Source: Candidatus Limnocylindrales bacterium
GTDB lineage: Bacteria; Verrucomicrobiota; Verrucomicrobiia; Limisphaerales; UBA11358
NCBI GenBank assembly: GCA_035604955.1
Contig: DATNHM010000056.1
Span: 22,733-86,732 of the forward strand
Length of the DNA stretch: 64,000 nt
Direction of reading: 5' to 3'
The position numbers and the translations under genes were made by a program. Each line of letters starts with the position of its first letter. Positions within the stretch are counted from its first letter, which is position 1. Positions 56,998 to 64,000 of the stretch are shown here, in pieces. The notes beneath the pieces are model-generated. The model saw nothing but the letters and a program-made list of their open reading frames with translations. It did no database searches and was not told where the DNA came from.

Positions 56998-58308
56998 TCA
57001 GTCCCCGCCGCTGCCGCCGCTGCCGGACAGGTTGCTGATCATGGCAATCAACGGCAGGAACATGGCGATGACGATGCTGCCCACAATGACGGCCAGAAAG
57101 ATGATCATGATGGGCTCCAGCAGGGAAGTCATGGCCGACACGGCATTGTCCACTTCTTCATCGTAGTTGTCGGCAATGCGCAGCAGCATTTCCGGCAGGG
57201 CGCCGGTCTGTTCACCGACGTCCACCATGCTGACGACCATGGGCGGAAAGACCCCGGAACCTTCCAACGGCGCGGTGATGGTCTCGCCTTCCTTGACGGC
57301 CTCATGGACCGCGCCGACGGCGTTGGCGATGATGACGTTCCCGGCGGTTTCCTTGACAATGGTCAGCGCCTGCAAAATCGGAACGCCGCTGCTGACGAGC
57401 GTGCCGAGGGTGCGGGTGAAGCGGGCGATGGCCACCTTGTTGATGACCGGGCCCAGGACCGGAACTTTCAATTTGAACTTGTCCCAGACGTGCCGGCCGA
57501 TTTTGGTCCGGATGATCAGCATAAACACCACCACGAAGGCCGCGACACAGATGGAGGTTACGAAGAAGTGATCCTTGACGGCGGAACTGACCGCCAGCAC
57601 AAAGAGGGTGAATTTCGGCATCTTGACATTCATGCCTTCAAAGACCCCCTGAAACCTCGGGATCACAAACGTCAGCAGCAGGATCATGATGCCCGTCGCC
57701 ACGATGAGCACGGCGATCGGATAAAACATCGCCGCCTTGACCTTGCCCTTGATCTTCTGCGCCTTTTCGGAAAATTCCGCCAGGCGTTTCAGCACCACTT
57801 CCAGCACGCCGCCCAGTTCGCCGGCCTTGACCATGTTGACGAAGAGGCGGTTGAAAACCCTGGGATGCTGCGCGAGCGCCTCGGAAAACGTGCTGCCGCC
57901 TTCGATCGCGAGCGCCAGCTCGCCGAGAATGCCCCGGAGGGTGGCGTTGCGCTCCTGTTTTTCGAGCACGCGCAAACCGCGCAGGAGCGGCAAACCCGCG
58001 TCCACCAGCGTGGCCAACTGGCGCGTGAACGTCGTCAACACCTTCGGCTTTACCCGGCCGCTCAGTCCGGGAATTTTGATCTGGATATCGAGCGCGCCCC
58101 CCCGCTTTTTGCCGCCGCCGGCCCGGGGCGCTGCCTTGCTCTTCTTCCGCGTGATTTTTTCCTGCGGTTTTTCGGCCTCGACAATTTTGGTCGGGAAGAA
58201 ACCCATTTCCTTGACGCGGCCAATGGCCTCGTTCTGGCTGGCGACTTCGATCGTGCCTTTGGTTTCTTTGCCGTGCGCATCCAGCGCCACGTAACTATAT
58301 TTCGGCAT
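56998..58308 (-). CDS. pilC: type IV pilus / T2SS platform protein (PilC/GspF family)
   Basis: 436 aa. MPKYSYVALDAHGKETKGTIEVASQNEAIGRVKEMGFFP, two T2SSF repeats, and three TM segments. Confidence 0.9.
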   Translation of the reverse strand: MPKYSYVALDAHGKETKGTIEVASQNEAIGRVKEMGFFPTKIVEAEKPQEKITRKKSKAAPRAGGGKKRGGALDIQIKIPGLSGRVKPKVLTTFTRQLATLVDAGLPLLRGLRVLEKQERNATLRGILGELALAIEGGSTFSEALAQHPRVFNRLFVNMVKAGELGGVLEVVLKRLAEFSEKAQKIKGKVKAAMFYPIAVLIVATGIMILLLTFVIPRFQGVFEGMNVKMPKFTLFVLAVSSAVKDHFFVTSICVAAFVVVFMLIIRTKIGRHVWDKFKLKVPVLGPVINKVAIARFTRTLGTLVSSGVPILQALTIVKETAGNVIIANAVGAVHEAVKEGETITAPLEGSGVFPPMVVSMVDVGEQTGALPEMLLRIADNYDEEVDNAVSAMTSLLEPIMIIFLAVIVGSIVIAMFLPLIAMISNLSGSGGSGGD

Positions 58309-58319
58309 AAACTAAAACA

Positions 58320-58409
58320 GTCCCCGGTCCCCGGTCTCCAGTCCCCCGTCAAAGGACCGCGAACGCTGCGGACTCGACTGTGGACTGCGGACTGTGGACT
58401 GCGGACTCA
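58320..58409. repeat. inverted heptamer arrays (GTCCCCG-type x4 / GGACTGY x6)
   Basis: 58320-58347 is GTCCCCG GTCCCCG GTCTCCA GTCCCCC. 58368-58409 is GCGGACT CGACTGT GGACTGC GGACTGT GGACTGC GGACTCA in 7-nt register. The region is intergenic, between the second ATPase gene and pilC, with the last 3 nt overlapping the ATPase stop codon (58407-58409). Confidence 0.9.
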
Positions 58410-60110
58410 TGTATATTTGACGATTTCCTCAATAGTGGTATCACCTTCAAAAATACCGCGCAAGCCGTCTTCGCGCAAGGTCACCATCCCCAGCTCGACG
58501 GCTTTCTGGCGCACCACCACCGTCGGCGCGCGTTCATTGATCAGGGTCCGAATCGCCTCGCTGATGATGAGCAATTCGAAGATGCCCTTCCGGCCCTTGT
58601 AACCGGTGTCGTTACAGGTGGAACAGCCGCGGCCATAATGAAAAACCTTGTCGCCCAGGTCGTGCGGCGAAAGATTCAACAGGCCCAGTTGTTCCTCCGT
58701 CGGTTCGAACGGCGTCCGGCAATTCGAGCAGATGGTCCGGACCAGCCGCTGGGCCAGCACCGCCATCAAGGTCGAGGAAATCAGAAACGGCTCGACCCCC
58801 ATGTCCAGCAGGCGCGTCACCGCGCCCGGCGCGTCATTGGTGTGCAACGTGCTCAAGACCAGGTGGCCGGTCAGCGACGCCTGGATGGAAATCTGCGCCG
58901 TTTCCAGGTCGCGCATTTCCCCCACCATGATAATGTCCGGGTCCTGGCGCAAGAACGACCGCAACGCCTTGCCGAACGTCATGCCCGCCGCCTCGTTGAT
59001 GGCCACTTGCATAATGCCCTCGATGTCATATTCCACCGGGTCTTCGGCGGTGAGCAGTTTGGAATCAAGGGTATTGATGCGCCGCAGACAGGAATAGAGC
59101 GTCGTGGTTTTGCCGGAACCGGTCGGGCCGGTCACAATCATGATGCCGTTGGGACGTTGAATCGCCTCGGTGACATAATCGTGCACGTATTTGGGGAAGC
59201 CGAGTGTTTCAATGTCCAGGTTGACCGCCGCGCGGTCGAGCACGCGCAACACGACCGATTCGCCGAACTGGGTCGGCAGCGTGGAGACGCGCAAATCAAT
59301 CTGCCGGTTGGCCATGGGGAAATTGATGCGCCCGTCCTGCGGCAGCCGCTTTTCGGAAATATTCAGGCCGGACATGACCTTGATGCGCGAAATCACCGGC
59401 AGGGCGAGGTGTTTCGGCGGGGGCGACATTTCATAGAGGGCGCCGTCCACGCGGTAACGGATGCGGAACTCGGTTTCAAACGGCTCGAAATGAATGTCAC
59501 TGGCGCGGTCCTGGATGGCCTGGAACAGGACCAGATTCACAAATTTCACGATGGGCGCCTGGTTGGCCAGGTCTTCGGCCAGCTTCGCGTCATCGGCGGC
59601 TTCGCTCGCTTCGCGGGCGATTTCGGCATCCTCACCCAGTTCCTTGAGAATCGCGGAGACGTCCCCCGTTTCCTCCTGGCCGTAATGCTGGTCAATCGCC
59701 TTTTGAATGTCGGCGGGGTCGGCCACCACCACCTGCACGTCCTTTTTGACCGCGAAATGGATTTCGTCCGGCCGCCCCGGGTCGAGCGGGTCGGCCAGCG
59801 CCACCTGCACCGTGCCGTCGTGGGCGGCGACCGGCAGGCACTGATACATGCGCGCGACATTGGCCGGAATCGTCTGTAACAACTCGGGCGTAAATTGGAC
59901 ATCGCGCAGGGAGATGACCCTGGTGCCCAGATAATTCGCCATCACCTGCAGGATGTCGTCGAGCTGCATGATCCCGAAATCCTGGAGCAGATGAATGACC
60001 GGCGTGCCGCTGCGTTTGAATTCGGCGGCGACCTCCTCGTACTGCAGGTCGTCAATCAACCCCAGTTCTTTGACGAGGGACAGCAACGGATTGGAAACTT
60101 CTTCGGCCAT
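58407..60110 (-). CDS. pilB: GspE/PilB-family secretion/assembly ATPase (copy 2)
   Basis: 567 aa. N-terminal T2SSE_N-like domain, Walker [11 protein letters not shown], Asp/His boxes ([17 protein letters not shown]), and the tetracysteine CSNC...CSTC. Confidence 0.9.
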   Translation of the reverse strand: MAEEVSNPLLSLVKELGLIDDLQYEEVAAEFKRSGTPVIHLLQDFGIMQLDDILQVMANYLGTRVISLRDVQFTPELLQTIPANVARMYQCLPVAAHDGTVQVALADPLDPGRPDEIHFAVKKDVQVVVADPADIQKAIDQHYGQEETGDVSAILKELGEDAEIAREASEAADDAKLAEDLANQAPIVKFVNLVLFQAIQDRASDIHFEPFETEFRIRYRVDGALYEMSPPPKHLALPVISRIKVMSGLNISEKRLPQDGRINFPMANRQIDLRVSTLPTQFGESVVLRVLDRAAVNLDIETLGFPKYVHDYVTEAIQRPNGIMIVTGPTGSGKTTTLYSCLRRINTLDSKLLTAEDPVEYDIEGIMQVAINEAAGMTFGKALRSFLRQDPDIIMVGEMRDLETAQISIQASLTGHLVLSTLHTNDAPGAVTRLLDMGVEPFLISSTLMAVLAQRLVRTICSNCRTPFEPTEEQLGLLNLSPHDLGDKVFHYGRGCSTCNDTGYKGRKGIFELLIISEAIRTLINERAPTVVVRQKAVELGMVTLREDGLRGIFEGDTTIEEIVKYT

Positions 60111-60122
60111 TTTATCAAAATA

Positions 60123-61241
60123 TCATTTTGCCCCGGATTTGGACGGGGCGGGTTCGCCCAGGGACTGGGCCAGCTCCAGTTCCTGCAATTTTTGCTGGAT
60201 CGTCGTCGGGTCCTGCGCCTTGGTGATGACTTCCTCGCGCGCAATCATGCCCTGCAGGTACTTGTCCATCAGGAACGAGTCGAGCGTCACCATGCCGTAT
60301 TTCGCGCCGGTCTGGATGTCCGAGTTGATGCGGAACGTCTTGTTGTCGCGGATCAGGGCGGCGATGGACGGCGTGTTGACCATGACTTCAAAAACCGCCA
60401 CGCGGCCCGGCTTGTCAATCCGCGGAATCAGCAACTGCGAAATCACCGCCTGCATGACGGTGGAAAGCTGAATGCGCACCATTTCCTGCTGGTTGGTCGG
60501 AAACGCGTTGGTGATGCGGTCAATCGTCTTGGCCGCGCCCGTGGTGTGCAGCGTGCCGAAAACCAGGTGCCCCGTTTCCGCCGCCGTGATGGCCGCTTCC
60601 ATGGTTTCCAGGTCGCGCATTTCACCGACGAGAATCACATCGGGGTCCTGGCGCAACGCGCGGCGCAGCCCCTCGGCAAAATTCGGCACGTCCACCCCGA
60701 TCTCGCGCTGCGTGACCAGCGACTTTTTATGGTGATGGTAATACTCAATCGGGTCTTCGATGGTGATGATATGCACCTCGTCGCGCTGCTCATTAATGAC
60801 GTTGAGCATGGAGGCCAGCGTGGTGGTTTTGCCGGAACCGGTCGGCCCGGTCACCAGCACCATGCCGCGCGGCTTGTACAGCAATTCCGTGGTGCTGGGG
60901 GGAACGCCGATTTGCTCCAGGGTCAGCAACTTGTTGGGAATCTGCCGGAGTACCAGGCCAAAGTTGCCCTTCTCCTTGAAGACGCTGACGCGGAACCGCG
61001 CCACGTCACCGAAGGCAAAGCCAAAGTCCGCGCCGCCGTGTTCGCGGGTGCTCTGAATATGTTCCTCGGACGTGATGCTGCGCATCAATTCCTCGGCATC
61101 CTCCGGTTTGAGCGCCGGGCCTTCCACGCGGTGCAGAATGCCGTGTACCCGGATGGTCGGCGGCGTGCCCACGCGGATGTGCAGGTCGGACGCGCCTTCC
61201 GACACCACCAACTGCAACAGATCGGACATGGAGTAGGACAT
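60123..61241 (-). CDS. pilT: twitching-motility retraction ATPase PilT
   Basis: 372 aa. [38 protein letters not shown], and [20 protein letters not shown]. No N-terminal extension. Confidence 0.9.
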   Translation of the reverse strand: MSYSMSDLLQLVVSEGASDLHIRVGTPPTIRVHGILHRVEGPALKPEDAEELMRSITSEEHIQSTREHGGADFGFAFGDVARFRVSVFKEKGNFGLVLRQIPNKLLTLEQIGVPPSTTELLYKPRGMVLVTGPTGSGKTTTLASMLNVINEQRDEVHIITIEDPIEYYHHHKKSLVTQREIGVDVPNFAEGLRRALRQDPDVILVGEMRDLETMEAAITAAETGHLVFGTLHTTGAAKTIDRITNAFPTNQQEMVRIQLSTVMQAVISQLLIPRIDKPGRVAVFEVMVNTPSIAALIRDNKTFRINSDIQTGAKYGMVTLDSFLMDKYLQGMIAREEVITKAQDPTTIQQKLQELELAQSLGEPAPSKSGAK

Positions 61242-61250
61242 AAAATTTCA

Positions 61251-61369
61251 AAGGCTGAAGGCGGAAGGCGGAAGGCTGAAACCCCGGGCAGCCGCCCGGA
61301 AGTTTACGGCGGGCATCGGTTCCGGGTTTGATTTTTCGTTCTTCATTCTGCCTTCTGCCTTCTTCATTA
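61251..61369. repeat. inverted heptamer arrays (AAGGCKG x4 / TKCNTTC x5)
   Basis: 61251-61278 is AAGGCTG AAGGCGG AAGGCGG AAGGCTG. 61335-61369 is TTCGTTC TTCATTC TGCCTTC TGCCTTC TTCATTA. The loop contains the hairpin CCGGGC-agcc-GCCCGG. Confidence 0.9.
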
Positions 61370-61371
61370 AA

Positions 61372-63075
61372 TTATGACTCGTCGCCGATGGTCGCCCGGA
61401 TGACTTCCTCGGGCGTCGTCAGGCCGGCGAGCACCTTGCGAATGCCGTCTTCGCGCAAGGTGCGCATGCCCATTTCGCGGGCGCGGGCGCGCAAAACGGA
61501 CGAGGCCGCCTTGTCGTAAATCAATTTGCGCGCCTCATCATCAATGGTGAAAATTTCGAAAATGCCCATGCGCCCGCGGAAGCCCGTGTTCGAACAGTCG
61601 CTGCAGCCACGGCCCTTTTGGATCGTCGCCCCCTGCAGATTGTCGGCCGTCAGGTTTAAGGCGCGCAACTCCTGCTCGGTCGCCTGATACGGTTGCACGC
61701 AGCGGCGGCAGACCTTGCGCACGAGGCGTTGCGCCATGAGACAGCGCGTGGACGAGGCGACCAGAAACGGTTTCACGCCGATGTCCACCAGACGGGTGAC
61801 CGCGCTCGGCGCGTCATTGGTGTGCAGCGTGGAGAAAACCAGATGGCCGGTCAGGGACGCGTTGATGGCAATGGACGCGGTCTCGAGGTCGCGAATTTCA
61901 CCAATCATCACCACGTTCGGCGCCTGGCGCAGAATCGAGCGCAACGCGGCGGCAAACGTGAGGCCGACGGGTTCATTGACCTGCACCTGGTTGATGCCGG
62001 ACAGAATATATTCCACCGGGTCCTCGACCGTGATGATTTTGCGGTCGGGCCGGTTGATGAAGTGCAGGCAGGAATACAGGGTGGTGGTCTTGCCGGAACC
62101 GGTCGGCCCGGTCACCAGCAGAATGCCGTCCGGCAGGCCGATCAGGCGCTCGAAGGTCTGCTGGTCGTCCGTGAAAAATCCCAGTTCGGCCAGGCCGAGC
62201 CGCAAGCCTTCCTTGTCAAGGATACGCATGACGATGCTTTCGCCGTGATACGTTGGCAGGCACGACACGCGCAAGTCAATGAGCTTGTTCCCCACCTTGC
62301 TCTGGATGCGCCCGTCCTGCGGAATGCGATGCTCGGAAATGGACATGTTCGACTGGATCTTCAGCCGGGTGATGATGGACGCCTGCAACCGTTTGGGCGG
62401 GGCCTTCATCTCGTGCAGCACACCGTCAATGCGGTACCGCAGCCGGAAACGCTTGCTCAAGGGTTCCAGGTGGATGTCCGAGGCGCGCATCTTGAAAGCG
62501 TCCACGATCATCTGGTTGACCAGCCGGATGAGCGGCGCGTCCGCGTCCACGATCGCGTTGTCGTCGTCAAGTCCGCCCTGCGGCACTTCGACCTCGCTTT
62601 CGGTGAGCTCCTGGATCGCCTTGTCCACCACCGTCTGGCCCGTGCCGCCATAATACTTGTTCAGCGCGTTCTCGATGTCCGGTTCCGACGCCACGCGCAA
62701 CTCGATCTCCGCGTTGAGCAGATGCGTGAGCGTGTCAATGGTGTTCAGGTCCGACGGGTCGGCGATGGCCACGGCGACCTTGCCGTCGGTTTTGAAAACG
62801 GGGACGACGCGGTATTTTTTGGCGATGTGGCGCGGGATGACGGAAATGACGTCGTCGGGAATTTTCAAGCCGCCCAGTTGAATGACTTCCGCGCCGAATT
62901 GGGCGGCCTTGGCCTGGGTGACATCCGCCGGGCGGACGAGCTTGTTGGCCAGCAACAAGTCCACCACGCCCACGCCGGAAGTTTCGGCTTCCCGGCGCGT
63001 TTGCGCAACCTGGTCGGCATTGACAATGCCCAGGTCCACCAGCACGTCTGCCAGATAATCGTCTTTTTCAGCCAC
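61372..63075 (-). CDS. pilB: GspE/PilB-family secretion/assembly ATPase (copy 1)
   Basis: 567 aa. T2SSE_N-like N-terminus (YLADVLVDLGIVNADQV..., VVDLLLANKLVRPADV...), [27 protein letters not shown], and the tetracysteine CRRC...CSDC. Confidence 0.9.
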   Translation of the reverse strand: MAEKDDYLADVLVDLGIVNADQVAQTRREAETSGVGVVDLLLANKLVRPADVTQAKAAQFGAEVIQLGGLKIPDDVISVIPRHIAKKYRVVPVFKTDGKVAVAIADPSDLNTIDTLTHLLNAEIELRVASEPDIENALNKYYGGTGQTVVDKAIQELTESEVEVPQGGLDDDNAIVDADAPLIRLVNQMIVDAFKMRASDIHLEPLSKRFRLRYRIDGVLHEMKAPPKRLQASIITRLKIQSNMSISEHRIPQDGRIQSKVGNKLIDLRVSCLPTYHGESIVMRILDKEGLRLGLAELGFFTDDQQTFERLIGLPDGILLVTGPTGSGKTTTLYSCLHFINRPDRKIITVEDPVEYILSGINQVQVNEPVGLTFAAALRSILRQAPNVVMIGEIRDLETASIAINASLTGHLVFSTLHTNDAPSAVTRLVDIGVKPFLVASSTRCLMAQRLVRKVCRRCVQPYQATEQELRALNLTADNLQGATIQKGRGCSDCSNTGFRGRMGIFEIFTIDDEARKLIYDKAASSVLRARAREMGMRTLREDGIRKVLAGLTTPEEVIRATIGDES

Positions 63076-63281
63076 GGCTCAAATATACACGGACTATATG
63101 TGTGGAAAGCAAAAAAGACTACGCTTGAAAATCGCGATGTCAATGCGGAGCAAAGAATTTCCGGTGGAAGGGCGAGACGCCCCGGCCGGGAATTCTCCAC
63201 CCGCCACCGGGTCCAAACAGGATTGCGCAGCAGTGCACCCCTCGAATAGCCTTGGGTAAAACCAAAAGCCCCTTAACCAGC

Positions 63282-64000
63282 ATGGCCCTGAACCTGCGAA
63301 TCCGGCCCGGGAAAGCCTTTCCCGCCGCCAGGGAATGTTATGCCACCCTCGGCGTGAATGTTGACCACGCCCTGCAAACGCTGGCGCGCATGCCCATTTC
63401 CCTCCATTGCTGGCAGGGCGATGACGTCGGCGGGTTTGAAAATTTCGGCACGGCGCTGGGAGGCGGGCTGGTCGCCACCGGCCATTATCCGGGCAAGGCC
63501 CGCACCCCGGATGAACTTCGCGCCGACCTCGAGAAGGCCTTTTCCCTCATTCCCGGCAAACACCGCCTGAACTTGCACTCGTGCTACGGCGAATTCGGCG
63601 GCAAAACGGTGGACCGCGACGAGATCACACCGGTCCATTTCCACAACTGGATCGCCTGGGCGAAGCAAAATGGCATCGGCCTGGACTTCAATCCGACCTG
63701 TTTTTCCCATCCGCAGGCCGCCGATGGTTTCACGTTATCGCATCAGGACCAGGCGGTCCGGCGCTTTTGGATCGAGCATTGCCTCCGTTGCCGCGAAATC
63801 GGCGCCGCCTTCGGCCGGGAGCTCGGCACAACGTGCATCACCAACGTCTGGATTCCTGACGGCATGAAGGACACACCGGCCGACCGCAACGCACCCCGGG
63901 CGCGCCTGGCTGAATCGCTTGACGTCATTTTCAAGAAACCGATTTCGCCGAAACTGAACCTGGATGCCCTCGAACCCAAACTGTTCGGCATCGGCTCCGA
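63282..64000 (+). CDS. rhaA: L-rhamnose isomerase, N-terminal ~239 aa (runs off the window)
   Basis: Not in the ORF track because there is no stop in the window. Manual translation gives [56 protein letters not shown]...[29 protein letters not shown]...[12 protein letters not shown]. The [13 protein letters not shown] block is characteristic of RhaA. Confidence 0.8.
   Translation, partial: MALNLRIRPGKAFPAARECYATLGVNVDHALQTLARMPISLHCWQGDDVGGFENFGTALGGGLVATGHYPGKARTPDELRADLEKAFSLIPGKHRLNLHSCYGEFGGKTVDRDEITPVHFHNWIAWAKQNGIGLDFNPTCFSHPQAADGFTLSHQDQAVRRFWIEHCLRCREIGAAFGRELGTTCITNVWIPDGMKDTPADRNAPRARLAESLDVIFKKPISPKLNLDALEPKLFGIGS

Noticed and set aside
46951-61369. Whether the heptamer arrays could be a degenerate CRISPR array or mini-CRISPRs.
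   Set aside because: The units are only 7 nt, directly abutting with no spacers. The arrays have 4-6 units, differ in sequence between sites and come as inverted pairs. No cas genes are in the window.
58407-63075. c-di-GMP-binding MshEN-type motifs in the N-termini of the two PilB-like ATPases.
   Set aside because: Both N-termini have tandem L..L(V/L)..G(I/L)(V/I)...Q-like segments. By eye I cannot verify the full 24-residue motif, so it is left as an untested idea rather than a finding.
56908-63249. Plus-strand ORFs of 478-564 aa (56908-58602, 58380-59879, 59895-61331, 61693-63249) opposite pilC, the two ATPase genes and pilT.
   Set aside because: These are antisense shadow ORFs with an extreme Arg/His/Gly/Asp bias. 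The opposite strand encodes unmistakable PilC, GspE/PilB and PilT proteins with Walker and tetracysteine motifs.

Overview
High-GC chromosomal segment that reads like a Verrucomicrobiota/PVC-type genome. This taxon call is an inference from LL-DAP aminotransferase DapL, many 'AFTLIELL' prepilin-type proteins, an IS200-like RAYT with REP hairpins, and short tandem and palindromic repeats filling intergenic space.

Left half (1-35.5 kb) is mostly housekeeping:
- Metabolic and tRNA-modification genes: dus, ROK kinase, aconitase-family dehydratase, argH, lysA, thiL-tsaE-tsaB, dapL.
- A three-gene c-type cytochrome cluster: a monohaem c plus two tandem multihaem-c/cytochrome-b fusions with 11 and 9 CxxCH motifs.
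- A hybrid REC-histidine kinase, a FIST sensor and a squalene/phytoene-synthase-like gene.
- A plus-strand operon of three pseudopilin-like genes followed by a response regulator.
- Small mobile or repeat elements: RAYT with REP hairpins, and a 221-bp TIR-bounded MITE-like element.

Right half (37.4-63.1 kb) is one long minus-strand type IV-filament (T4P/T2SS-like) gene array: PilB-like ATPase, PilT, a second PilB-like ATPase, PilC/GspF, an embedded BrnT/BrnA toxin-antitoxin pair, two GspG-like major pilins, a GspH/I/J/K-like four-gene cassette whose last member is 1454 aa, then a 3066-aa secreted subtilisin-like multidomain protein.

The most unusual thing I see directly in the DNA is at the cistron junctions of that array. 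Almost every junction carries a pair of inverted arrays of 7-nt tandem repeats (about 4 units, a 20-70 nt spacer, then about 4 near-complementary units). In the pilin genes these arrays are in frame and literally encode abnormally long prepilin leader peptides.

Other points:
- A pseudogenised duplicate of the giant gene's 3' end lies 1.77 kb downstream of it, bracketing a lower-GC methyltransferase insert.
- A C-terminal domain of about 75 aa recurs in two secreted proteins and in that relic.
- Heptamer and palindromic repeats are inserted in frame into yyaL and tsaE.

No rRNA, tRNA or CRISPR array was recognised. No secretin, prepilin peptidase or PilMNOP genes are in the window.
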